The notes under the pieces are model-generated. The model saw only the letters and a program-made list of their open reading frames with translations. It was not told where the DNA came from and did no database searches. Below are positions 22,455 through 31,784 of a DNA stretch of 64,000 nt, in pieces; within the stretch, counting starts at the first letter, position 1; each line of letters starts with the position of its first letter. The DNA comes from Thermodesulfobacteriota bacterium (GTDB taxonomy: Bacteria; Desulfobacterota_D; UBA1144; Nemesobacterales; Nemesobacteraceae), in NCBI GenBank assembly GCA_965232155.1, contig OZ246948.1:1258938-1322937 (forward strand). The letters run 5' to 3'. The translations under genes were made by a program, and so were the position numbers.

Positions 22455-23222
22455 ATGAAGGTGAGAGTGCTTGGATGTGCCACTTCAACCGGCGTTCCCG
22501 TAGTGGGCTGTCGATGTGACGTATGCACATCGGATAATATTAAGAACAAACGTACCAGGAGTTCAGTGGTCGTTGAGGTGGCCGGAAAGAAAATACTTAT
22601 TGACACCTCGACCGATCTCAGGGCCCAGGCGCTAAGGGAAGGCATAACCAGGATCGACCTTGTTCTCTATACCCACTCCCACGCGGACCACACCCACGGA
22701 ATAGATGATCTTAAGGCGTTTAACTTCATAAATTCAATGGATATAGACTGTTACGCGAACCCCGTTACCCTGGGTGACATAAAGCGGAATTTCGCCTACA
22801 TATTCGATTCCTTCCCCGCCGCCGGAGGAAAACCAAGGCTTAACTTCAAGGAGATAAACGGGGAGATCAGATTCGAGGGAATCAGGATAGAACCCATCGA
22901 CATCTATCACCACGACTGGCAGATACTTGGCTACAGGATCGGGTCTTTCGGTTACGTTACCGACTGCAGCGCCATCCCCGAAGACTCCTACGAAAAGCTC
23001 TCGGGGCTTGACCTTCTGATACTCGGCGCGTTGAGATACAAGCCCCACAGGGCACACTTCAATATAGAGCAGGCTGTAGAGGAAATAGAAAAGCTGGGGC
23101 CCAAAAGGGCGCTTCTTACCCATATGGGGCATGAGCTTGAGTACGAAAAGCTCCTCGCGGAACTCCCGGATCATATAGAGCCGGCGTATGACGGAGCCGA
23201 AATAGAGCTGAGGGACCCCTGA
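22455..23222 (+). CDS. MBL-fold metallo-hydrolase (PhnP/PqqB-like)
   Basis: MKVRVLGCATSTGVPVVGCRCDVC...LYTHSHADHTHGIDDL, which includes the HxHxDH motif. Start taken at the internal Met after the divergent intergenic region. Confidence 0.75.
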   Translation: MKVRVLGCATSTGVPVVGCRCDVCTSDNIKNKRTRSSVVVEVAGKKILIDTSTDLRAQALREGITRIDLVLYTHSHADHTHGIDDLKAFNFINSMDIDCYANPVTLGDIKRNFAYIFDSFPAAGGKPRLNFKEINGEIRFEGIRIEPIDIYHHDWQILGYRIGSFGYVTDCSAIPEDSYEKLSGLDLLILGALRYKPHRAHFNIEQAVEEIEKLGPKRALLTHMGHELEYEKLLAELPDHIEPAYDGAEIELRDP

Positions 23223-24481
23223 TGTTATCTCCGTCGAGGAGGCGGACAAGGAAGAAAATGCAGGATCTGGTATCAAAACTTGTTGAGAAAAATTCCTCGA
23301 AGATAGTTCTCTGCGTCCTTGACGGACTCGGGGGGCTTCCTGTTGACGGAAAAACGGAACTTGAAGCGGCCAGGACCCTGAATCTTGACCGGCTCTCTTC
23401 TGCCGGGTCTCTGGGGCTGCATGTGCCCGTGGAGAGAGGAATAACTCCTGGAAGCGGCGCCGCTCATCTTGCGCTTTTCGGTTATGACCCCGTTAGAAAC
23501 GAGATAGGAAGGGGGGTGCTTGAAGCGCTTGGCCTCGGCATTGATCTCGGCCCATCGGACGTGGCGGTTAGGGGTAACTTCGCCACCGTTAGATACGAAG
23601 GAGATAACCCGGTCGTTACTGACAGGAGAGCGGGCAGGCTCAGCACTGAGGAGAACAGGAGGGTGATCTCCAAAATCTCATCAGCTGTTGAGGAGATATC
23701 CGGGGTAAAAGTAAGTTTCTATCCGGGTCTTGAGCACAGGTTCGTTGTGGTTTTCTCTTTTCCCGAGAGGCTTTCTGAAAAAGACGCGCTTGTCTGCGAC
23801 ACAGACCCGCAGTCAGAAGGCGCGGTTCCTATCAGGCCTGAGGGAGAGAACCCCGATTCTCGGAGGACAGCCCAAATTGCCGCGGAAATGATTGACCGGG
23901 CCTGCGAAGTTATAAGAGATGAGCCAGTTGCCAATTACATGCTTCTTAGAGGCTTTTCCGTGAGACCTGATCTTCCGACTTTTGATGAGGCTTACGGGCT
24001 TCGGGCCGGATGTGTTGCCGCCTATCCGATGTACAGGGGAGTATCGAAATTGCTCGGGATGGACGTGCTTGAGGTCTCAGGGGATTCCATAGGTGATGAG
24101 ATCGAGACGCTTTCTGCTAATTTTGGGGACTATGACTTTTTCTACCTCCACGTAAAGAAAACAGACAGTTACGGAGAGGACGGGAATTTTGGGGCGAAGG
24201 CAGGAGTAATAGAAGAATTTGATTCGCTTCTCCCTGAAATCACAGGACTCGGGGTAGACGTTCTTGCCGTTACGGGTGACCATTCGACCCCGTCGACGAT
24301 GAAGTCGCACAGCTGGCATCCTGTGCCTCTTATGATCAGTTCTAAATACTGCAGGGGAGTGGGTGTGGAGGGTTTTTCCGAATCGTCCTGCCTGTCCGGT
24401 GATCTGGGGATCATAAAGGCGACTGAGATAATGCCACTTCTTCTTGCCCACGCGGGACGGCTTCGCAAGTTCGGCGCTTGA
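23222..24481 (+). CDS. apgM: Cofactor-independent phosphoglycerate mutase, archaeal-type (ApgM family)
   Basis: KIVLCVLDGLGG at the N-terminus and VTGDHSTPSTMKSHSWHPVP near the C-terminus. The TGATG overlap with the upstream stop suggests coupling. An alternative start is Met13 at 23258. Confidence 0.8.
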   Translation: MLSPSRRRTRKKMQDLVSKLVEKNSSKIVLCVLDGLGGLPVDGKTELEAARTLNLDRLSSAGSLGLHVPVERGITPGSGAAHLALFGYDPVRNEIGRGVLEALGLGIDLGPSDVAVRGNFATVRYEGDNPVVTDRRAGRLSTEENRRVISKISSAVEEISGVKVSFYPGLEHRFVVVFSFPERLSEKDALVCDTDPQSEGAVPIRPEGENPDSRRTAQIAAEMIDRACEVIRDEPVANYMLLRGFSVRPDLPTFDEAYGLRAGCVAAYPMYRGVSKLLGMDVLEVSGDSIGDEIETLSANFGDYDFFYLHVKKTDSYGEDGNFGAKAGVIEEFDSLLPEITGLGVDVLAVTGDHSTPSTMKSHSWHPVPLMISSKYCRGVGVEGFSESSCLSGDLGIIKATEIMPLLLAHAGRLRKFGA

Positions 24482-24522
24482 AATTTGTCCTTTGCGTGAT
24501 ACTTTTTACAATCCGATTTTGT

Positions 24523-24608
24523 GCCGAAGTGGCGGAATAGGCAGACGCGCTATCTTGAGGGGGTAGTGCCCTACGGGCGTGCGGGTTCGACTCCCGCCTT
24601 CGGCACCA
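24523..24608 (+). tRNA. tRNA-Leu (anticodon GAG), class II with a long variable arm and an encoded CCA
   Basis: Hand fold: acceptor GCCGAAG/CTTCGGC, anticodon arm CTATC-TTGAGGG-GGTAG, variable arm GCCC-TAC-GGGC, T arm GCGGG-TTCGACT-CCCGC, then A-CCA. Confidence 0.88.
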
Positions 24609-24624
24609 CTTTTTGATAGCGCTG

Positions 24625-25026
24625 TTAGCGCGACACGCAATTGAAAAATTGGCTTCCCTTGATCTGGACACCGGGTTCAACATGTGAGAAATCGAGGTAC
24701 ACCCCAGTACCATCTGGCTCAATAACAAAGGCGTAAGAGTACGCACCCGTTCTTGTTTCTTTACCAAAATCCCACCGTCTATTTAACCCCTCAACTCGAA
24801 AAAGTGCCTTGTGAGTGACGCCAGCTACCAACACCTCACCAAATCCAGACCTCTCGTCCTTTTCTATTGTCCGAGTCAGTTTTACCAAGGCCGTCTTCTC
24901 GTAAGAATCCCACAAATCAAAACATTGCCACTTCTCAGTTGTAGTGCTACTACTTTCTTTTGTTTGAACGAAGATACAGCTCCCCATTAGCGCGACACAT
25001 ACGACAAGTCTTAAGATCGTCCTCAT
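24625..25026 (-). CDS. Hypothetical small lipoprotein in AT-richer DNA next to tRNA-Leu
   Basis: The internal start MRTILRLVVCVALMGSC gives a signal peptide plus lipobox. I recognise no family. The longer ORF to 25143 lacks support. Confidence 0.45.
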   Translation of the reverse strand: MRTILRLVVCVALMGSCIFVQTKESSSTTTEKWQCFDLWDSYEKTALVKLTRTIEKDERSGFGEVLVAGVTHKALFRVEGLNRRWDFGKETRTGAYSYAFVIEPDGTGVYLDFSHVEPGVQIKGSQFFNCVSR

Positions 25027-25201
25027 AACAAAGATAGTACGACTAAAGCTTTTCAGAATCAAGCTTGCATTCCGCCAATAACCATTGGCTGAAACGCTTT
25101 TGTGCGTCCGGTTTGCCATGGAGATATCGAAGTTAAGCGACACCGGTTTTTACGCAAATATTTGTCTTAAGTGGATTGTTTTTATTGTGGTTCTGATCAG
25201 T

Positions 25202-25819
25202 TTATAGACCAGCTTCGCTTGGCGTCTCGCTACGGATTTTCTCCGCTTTTTCGGGTTCTCCGGTCTTTTCGTACACAAGACTCAGGTGCCTTCTCGCTTG
25301 GACATAGTAGGGACTTCCACTTCCGTCCACTTCGGAGAAGTGTTCTTTGCTTTTATCCCAGTTCTCAAGTTTGAAAGCGGATAGTCCGATCACTAGGTTT
25401 GCGCCGTCACGGAAAATACCGTCTTCGGGGTCATCATCAAGGAAAAGCTCAAGATGTTTTATCGCTTCTTCGAAGTTTCCAAGCTGGTAATTGATCATCC
25501 CCATCTGGTAAAGAGCCAGAACTGACACCTCGGTTCCGGAATGCTCTTCATGCAATGTTTGAAACTGCGAGAGAGAAGTCTCCATTTCTCCGCTGTTGTA
25601 GCTCTCAATAGCCTTGCGGAGCTGCTCGTTTGCCAGGAGGTCTTTTTCTTCCTGTTGCGAGGAAACAAAGCAGACTGCGAGCAGGGCCACTACTATGACC
25701 CCTATCCCGATAAGTATCTTGTTGAAGTACTCCGAGAGACCTTCGAGTGATTCCACCAGGATCTCTCTGAATTTGTCGGGGCGCTTAAGTTCTTTGGTCG
25801 TGTATTTTATCTTGGGCAT
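25202..25819 (-). CDS. Membrane-anchored tetratricopeptide-repeat protein (YfgM-like)
   Basis: N-terminal KELKRPDKFRE, then one TM (ILIGIGVIVVALLAV), then TPR-like helices (ALYQMGMINYQLGNFEEAIKHLE...). Confidence 0.6.
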   Translation of the reverse strand: MPKIKYTTKELKRPDKFREILVESLEGLSEYFNKILIGIGVIVVALLAVCFVSSQQEEKDLLANEQLRKAIESYNSGEMETSLSQFQTLHEEHSGTEVSVLALYQMGMINYQLGNFEEAIKHLELFLDDDPEDGIFRDGANLVIGLSAFKLENWDKSKEHFSEVDGSGSPYYVQARRHLSLVYEKTGEPEKAEKIRSETPSEAGL

Positions 25820-25895
25820 GAATCGTAATTTCTTGCTCGGCAGAAAAACGGCAGGCCTGTGAACTCCGTGTCGTTAATGCCGGATTTATCTGCTG

Positions 25896-25904
25896 TGTTA
25901 AAAT
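25896..25904 (+). promoter_or_regulatory. Extended -10 element (TGtTAAAAT) upstream of the nfeD-stomatin pair
   Basis: Read directly in the sequence. It lies only 10 nt before the first listed ATG (25914), which argues for a downstream start codon. Confidence 0.35.
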
Positions 25905-26024
25905 ATTTCCTGAATGAACATGATACGTTTTTTTCTCAGGCAATGTCAAAGGTTCTCGGGGAATTATCGGGGGAATCGAGAGAGGTTTGATTCCATGGTC
26001 CGAAAGTCCGGACGAAAGAGGGTT

Positions 26025-27407
26025 ATGCCCCAAGCGGGCAAGGGTTCCCTTCTGCGGATTTCAGTTTTTTTCCTGATTCTTTCCGCGATTCTGGGTTACC
26101 AGGTGTCTGCCGCCGATCCGGAAGTTCCTCCCAGGGCGGGAGAAATAGTCGAGATCGAGATAAACGGTTCCATAAATCCCTCGACCGTGGACTACATTAA
26201 AACCGGTCTTTCAGAAGCGCAGGCCCGCAATGCCACCGCCCTGCTTATCCTTCTGGATACTCCCGGAGGGCTTCTCAATTCCACAAAGGACATAGTGAAG
26301 ATCATTCTTAATTCCGAGGTTCCTGTGATAGTTTACGTCTACCCGAGGGGAGCGACGGCTACTTCCGCGGGAGTTTTCATCACGCTCTCAGCCCACGTGG
26401 CGGCCATGTCTCCCGGAACGAGCATAGGGGCGGCTCATCCCGTGATGCTGGGGGGCGGCCAGAGGGCCCCTGGCCCCGGTAAGCCGGAAGAAAAAAAAGA
26501 CGATAAGTCTTCTGATGTAATGAGCGAGAAAATCGAGAATTTCGCGTCGTCTTTTATCGAAAGCATAGCGGAGGAGAGGGGAAGAAACGCAAAATGGGCA
26601 GTTGATTCGGTGAGAAAAAGCGTTTCGGTGACAGCGGATGAGGCGCTTAAAAAAAATGTGATTGACATCATATCGCCCGATATTCCCTCGCTTCTCTCCG
26701 AAATAGACGGCAGGGAAATAAAAACAAGCGGCAAGAGCGTCCGCCTTGAGACGGCCGGCGCCAGCACGCAGCGCCTTGAGATGAGCCTGCGGCAGAAGGT
26801 GGTCAATATTCTAAGCACCCCTGACATAGCGTTTCTGCTTCTCTCCCTGGGTTCGCTCGGAATATTCCTTGAGTTCTACAACCCGGGAATGATTTTCCCG
26901 GGAGTCGCCGGACTTATCGCCCTGCTAATCGGGTTTGTCTCCCTCCAGATCCTTCCTTTTAACTACGCCGGCCTCATACTGCTTTTCGTCGCCATGGCGC
27001 TTTTGATATCGGAGGTGTACGTGACGAGTTACGGCCTTTTGAGCCTTGCTGCGCTCGCGTGCCTTGTGTTCGGGGGGCTTCTGCTTTTCGATACGCCGGA
27101 ATCTGATCTCGGCGTGAGTAACAGTGCCATAGCGGCAGTGGCCGTAACAATTGGATTGCTTTCGGTTTTTATTGTATATTTAGGCGTGAATTCGTTCCGA
27201 GTTCCCGTTCAGGGCGGTTTCGAGGGGATGGTAGGTCAGAAGGGGGAAGTCGTTTCCTGGTCACAAAGAAGCGGAAAGGTCTACATCGGGGGAGAATACT
27301 GGGAAGCGACGGGCGATCGCGAATTTTCACCCGGGGAAAAAATAAAGGTTACAAAGAGCACGGGAGATCTTGCCGTCAAGGTCTCCGGCTATGAAGACGA
27401 GGGGTAA
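26025..27407 (+). CDS. NfeD-family membrane-bound ClpP-class serine protease
   Basis: Signal/TM segment, a ClpP-like domain (LLILLDTPGGLL...GATATSAGVFI...AAHPV), several TMs and a C-terminal OB-fold NfeD domain (GEVVSWSQRSGKVYIGGEYWEA). The start could also be 25914 or 25995. Confidence 0.8.
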   Translation: MPQAGKGSLLRISVFFLILSAILGYQVSAADPEVPPRAGEIVEIEINGSINPSTVDYIKTGLSEAQARNATALLILLDTPGGLLNSTKDIVKIILNSEVPVIVYVYPRGATATSAGVFITLSAHVAAMSPGTSIGAAHPVMLGGGQRAPGPGKPEEKKDDKSSDVMSEKIENFASSFIESIAEERGRNAKWAVDSVRKSVSVTADEALKKNVIDIISPDIPSLLSEIDGREIKTSGKSVRLETAGASTQRLEMSLRQKVVNILSTPDIAFLLLSLGSLGIFLEFYNPGMIFPGVAGLIALLIGFVSLQILPFNYAGLILLFVAMALLISEVYVTSYGLLSLAALACLVFGGLLLFDTPESDLGVSNSAIAAVAVTIGLLSVFIVYLGVNSFRVPVQGGFEGMVGQKGEVVSWSQRSGKVYIGGEYWEATGDREFSPGEKIKVTKSTGDLAVKVSGYEDEG

Positions 27408-27413
27408 CGTAAC

Positions 27414-28166
27414 ATGTCAATAACCGCAATTGTAGTTCTCGTAATTGCTTTTCTCATCATCATATCGGGACTTAAGATCCTTTATGAATACGAAAGGGGC
27501 GTGATATTCCGTCTCGGAAGAATAGTCGGAGTCAGGGGTCCCGGGTTTATAATCGTCATCCCGTTTCTTGAAAGAATGGTGAGAGTCAGTCTGCGGCTCG
27601 TAACCATGGACGTGCCTCCACAGGACGTGATAACCAAGGATAACGTTTCGGTAAAGGTAAACGCGGTTGTCTATTTCAGGGTGGTTGAACCGAACAGGGC
27701 GATCCTTCAGGTTGAAAACTATCTCTACGCGACTTCCCAGCTTGCCCAGACAACCCTGAGGAGCATCCTCGGGCAGGTAGAGCTCGATGAGCTTCTCTCT
27801 GAGAGGGAGAAACTTAACCTCAAGCTCCAGGAAGTCCTCGACAAGCAGACCGACGCCTGGGGAATCAAGGTTACCATGGTTGAGGTTAAGTACGTTGACC
27901 TCCCGCAGGAAATGCAGAGAGCGATGGCCAAGCAGGCCGAAGCCGAGAGGGAGAGAAGGGCGAAGGTAATAAGCGCCGAGGGAGAGTTCCAGGCGTCGAC
28001 CAAGATTGCGGAAGCCTCAGAAATACTGGCCGCAAATCCGGTTTCTCTTCAGCTAAGGTTCCTTCAGACGATAAATGACGTGTCTTCCGAGAAGGCTTCA
28101 ACCATCATCCTGCCTCTTCCGATTGACATGTTGAAGGCCTTTACGGCAAAAGACGAAAAGAACTGA
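27414..28166 (+). CDS. SPFH/band-7 (stomatin-like) protein
   Basis: [15 protein letters not shown]...[18 protein letters not shown]...[17 protein letters not shown]. This is the classic partner of NfeD. Confidence 0.9.
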   Translation: MSITAIVVLVIAFLIIISGLKILYEYERGVIFRLGRIVGVRGPGFIIVIPFLERMVRVSLRLVTMDVPPQDVITKDNVSVKVNAVVYFRVVEPNRAILQVENYLYATSQLAQTTLRSILGQVELDELLSEREKLNLKLQEVLDKQTDAWGIKVTMVEVKYVDLPQEMQRAMAKQAEAERERRAKVISAEGEFQASTKIAEASEILAANPVSLQLRFLQTINDVSSEKASTIILPLPIDMLKAFTAKDEKN

Positions 28167-28209
28167 TTCACAGGCTTCGTGCCGGACTGAAACTCTTTGT
28201 AAAAACTTC

Positions 28210-29830
28210 ATGGGAAAATTTCTGCGTCTCTTTGCACTCGCATTGCTGGTCGCGTCCGCGGGGTTCTTCTCTGCCGGATGCTCCCGGAGCACGGACTGTC
28301 AGAATAAAAACGATAACGCCTCGCTTGTCGGCAATGCTGACCCGAAGGCTTTTTCCGCCGGGGGTTCGCTCATAAGGGAACTCGGCGAGGAGCCCGCAAC
28401 CCTTAACCCCGTTATAGCCACGGATGTCTACGAAGGCATCGTTAACGGCGGAATCTACGAGACGCTTATAAGAAGAGATAACGAAACCCTTGAGTTCGAG
28501 CCCCTTCTTGCAAGTTCCTGGGAAGTTTCAGAGGACGGGCTTTCCTACACTTTTCACCTTAGAAAAGACGTGAAATGGCATGACGGCACTCCTTTTACCG
28601 CAGATGACGTGGTTTTTTCCTATGAATCCATAAGAAACCCCAAGGTCGCCGCCGCCCACCTCCAAAGCTACTACCAGGACGTAAAGTCCTACACCAGGAT
28701 TGATTCCCACACCGTAAGATGCGAGTACGGAAAACCCTACTTCCGCGCTTTTGAGTTCTGCGGGGGAATTCCCATAGTGGCGAAGCACATATTCGGGAAA
28801 GGGGATTTCAACACGAACCCCGCCGGCAGAAAGCCCGTCGGGACGGGGCCCTACGTCTTTGAGCACTGGGAGACGGGAAGGGAGATCAGGGTCAGAGGAA
28901 TCCCGATTACTGGGGCGAGCCCGCGTGGCTTAGCGAAGTGGTCTACAAGATCGTGCTTGATCCCACGGTTAAGCTTCAGCTTCTTAAAAACAGGAGCTTG
29001 ATCTGGGAGGCCTTCTTCCTCTTCAGTGGTCAAAGCAGAGCTGCGGGGAATCGTTTCGAAAAAAATTCTACAGGGCTTCTTATACTACCCCGGGTTACAA
29101 CTACATAGGCTGGAACTCAAGGAAGCCCTTTTTCAGCGATAAAAGGGTAAGGAGGGCGATGACCCACTTTGTCGACAGGGAGACCATCCTGAGGGAAATT
29201 CTCCTGGGCCTGGGAGAGATAGTGACCACGACTTTTTACGTTAACAGTCCGGAATACCCTAAGGACATAAAACCGTATGCCTATGACCCGAAGAAGGCGA
29301 GGGCGCTTCTTGACGAGGCGGGATGGAGCGACAGCGACAATGACGGAATAAGGGACAAGGACGGCGTCCCGTTCCGTTTCGAGTTTCTGCTGCCCACGGG
29401 ATCTGAAACCGGTGAGAAAATAGCGACCATACTTAAGGAGGAACTCTCCCGCTCCGGCATAGAGATGAGCATAAGGAAGATAGAGTGGGCGGTTTTCATC
29501 CAGAGCATAACCGAGCGGAAATTCGATGCCGTGACCCTGGGGTGGAGCCTGGGAGTGGAAAGCGATCCCTACCAGCTCTGGCATTCCTCCCAGGCCGAGG
29601 AGGGCTCGAATTTCGTGGGATTTGAAGAGCCCCCGCGCGGATGTTCTGATTGAGGAGGCAAGACAGGAATTTTCGATCGGAGCGAATTAAAAAGTACGAT
29701 GAGTTCTGGCATTCTTCGAAGAGCAGCCGAGGCGAGGACGGTGGTAGTGCACAGAAGGTTTTTCTATCCGCTTGGACTTGACGCCAGGGAGTGGTTTGAG
29801 CGCAAATACTCAGAAAGGGGAAGAGCCTAA
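28210..29830 (+). pseudogene. Peptide/nickel ABC transporter substrate-binding lipoprotein (family 5, OppA/DppA-like), heavily frame-disrupted
   Basis: Lipobox FSAGC. The family-5 sequence can be followed only by hopping frames: ...GREIRV | RNPDYWGEPAWLSEVVYKIVLDPTVKLQLLKN | ELDLGGLLPLQWSK | AELRGIVSKK | FYRASYTTPGYNYIGWN...GSNFVGFE | PRADVLIEEARQEF | ...VVVHRRFFYPLGLDAREWF. That is at least six breaks, and there is an apparent internal deletion near 29720. Confidence 0.75.
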
Positions 29831-30782
29831 TGACGATCCTTATTAGTTCTCAAGAATAGCGTCGTAGAGAATCATCTTCATCGAACAATCCACAAGTTTT
29901 TTCCTTTTTGGTGCGGACGAAGGAGATCTACAATCACTGCCTAACGTTAAGATCCAAGAATCACAAAAGAGTAAGCCAAATTGTTTCAGGATGTGCCAGC
30001 TTACCGCCAACTATCCCATCCGAAGAACCGGTTTTCGGATTCTGCGCACGCTACGATTCACGATGACCTGTTCGCGAGCGAAATCCACTTTAGTACGACT
30101 GAGTTCTAGGTCGTGAGGATTGCACTTAGACTTATTGAGATTCCATTCAACGTAAAGGCTCTAGGGGTGAGTGAGTTGCCGCAACTTGCAAGACGTCTCT
30201 GGTAAGCAGGATACGGAGGGATAATTCTGCCTTCTGAATAGGAGCTATGATGTTTTTGATGAAAAAGGAGCCAGGGAGACTATTGTCCATGCTGACATTG
30301 ACCTTCCACGGTAGTTGCCCGAAGTCCATATCTGGTAAAACTGGGCACAGGTACTTTTCGAAGAACCAAACGTCGAACAAGTCGGGGCAGATGCACTAAA
30401 GAGACGACGGCTGCAGCAACTAGCGGTTCCATCTTAGAAGGGAATCTTGGGGTATTTTCTGCCTGGTTTGCTTGTTCCGAATGAAAGACTATATCCTGAA
30501 ATAGACTTCGTGCCTTCGGAAAAAGATGATTCCCATTGCTGGTTTTGTTTCGATCAAGGACTAGTAAGGCCACTACCCTCTTTGCCCGATATTTGTCAAA
30601 CTAGTATCATTAGTTCGCTGGAAAACCCCTTTCTGTCAATGATTCTTGAACCAAATCGTCTCGCTCATCCGTGAGATCCTATTGACTTTAAAGCCAGAGT
30701 ATACGGAATGTTAGAGAATACTTTCTGAACTTTCTCGCGGGGCTTTTTATGTGTATAATTTTTTTTCCAAGGGCTTTTCCCA
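29831..30782. other. AT-richer non-coding spacer between oppA and oppB, carrying decayed minus-strand ORF remnants and a perfect TATAAT at 30754-30759
   Basis: No ORF longer than 97 aa. Protein-like minus-strand stretches are spread over three frames. Neighbouring genes in this operon otherwise overlap or abut. Confidence 0.5.
30480..30540 (+). repeat. Degenerate duplicate of the oppB 5' end (pseudo-start: M K D Y I L K stop)
   Basis: aatgaaagactatatcctgaaa is identical to 30782-30803. It then matches agacttc, tgc and gatgattccca, interrupted by indels. Confidence 0.8.
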
Positions 30783-30830
30783 ATGAAAGACTATATCCTG
30801 AAAAGACTTCTGCTGATGATTCCCACGCTG
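30782..30830 (+). repeat. Authentic oppB 5' end, partner of the duplicate 302 bp upstream
   Basis: See 30480-30540. A 22-nt exact match plus extended imperfect homology. Confidence 0.8.
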
Positions 30831-31784
30831 TTCGGGATCACCCTTATCACTTTTCTGGTGATACAGCTTGCCCCGGGGAGTCCCGTTGAGAGCAGGATGT
30901 CGATTGACCAGGGAATAAAAAGCGATCAGGTGACCAAGGAGATAGTCGAGCAGACCAAAAAGCTCTACGGTCTCGACAAGCCCGTTCACGAGAGATATTT
31001 CATATGGCTCCGCCAGATCGCGACGCTTGATTTCGGAAATTCCTACAAGGACCACCGCCCCGTTATAGACAAGATAGCGGAGAGACTCCCGATTACCCTC
31101 ATACTGAACGTTCTTTCGATCTTCCTCGTCTACCTGATAGCCATACCGATCGGGGCCTGGTCAGCCGTGCGGCAGTGGAGTTTTCCGGAGCGCGCAACGA
31201 CTTTCGTTCTTTTTCTTCTCTACTCGATTCCGAGTTTCTGGATGGCCGTGGTGCTTATCTATTTCTTCGGCGGCGGGGGAGCTTTCGATATCTTTCCCAT
31301 ATACGGCGTGCACTCGAGGGGATATGAGGATCTTCCCTTCTTCGAGAGAACCCTCGATTTCCTGTGGCACCTTGTTCTCCCCGTGTTCTGCCTTACCTAC
31401 GCGAGCTTGGCGTCGCTTTCCCGCTACCAGAAAGGAAGCCTTCTTGAGGTGCTCAGGGAGGACTACATAAGGACCGCCAGGGCCAAGGGACTTGCGCCCA
31501 ACAGGGTGCTTTTCAAGCACGCCCTGAGGAACTCTCTTATTCCCATAGTTACGATAATCGCCTCGATTCTTCCCGCCATGATAGGGGGAAGCGTTATCAT
31601 AGAGACCATATTCTCGATCCCCGGGATAGGAAGGCTCGGCTTTGAGTCGGTGCTCTCAAGGGACTACCCCGTCATAATGGCCGTCGCCACCATATCCGCT
31701 TTCCTTACCCTGATCGGCATTCTCATATCTGACATAACCTACGCCGTGGTTGACCCGAGGATAGGTTTTGAGAGGAAGTCATGA
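30783..31784 (+). CDS. Peptide ABC transporter permease (OppB/DppB-like)
   Basis: MKDYILKRLLLMIPTLFGITLITFLVIQLAPGSP and the EAA loop ...YIRTARAKGL. Confidence 0.9.
   Translation: MKDYILKRLLLMIPTLFGITLITFLVIQLAPGSPVESRMSIDQGIKSDQVTKEIVEQTKKLYGLDKPVHERYFIWLRQIATLDFGNSYKDHRPVIDKIAERLPITLILNVLSIFLVYLIAIPIGAWSAVRQWSFPERATTFVLFLLYSIPSFWMAVVLIYFFGGGGAFDIFPIYGVHSRGYEDLPFFERTLDFLWHLVLPVFCLTYASLASLSRYQKGSLLEVLREDYIRTARAKGLAPNRVLFKHALRNSLIPIVTIIASILPAMIGGSVIIETIFSIPGIGRLGFESVLSRDYPVIMAVATISAFLTLIGILISDITYAVVDPRIGFERKS

Noticed and set aside
30447-30674. 75-aa plus-strand ORF in the oppA-oppB spacer
   Set aside because: It reads through the pseudo-oppB repeat in the wrong frame and has no RBS or recognisable motif.
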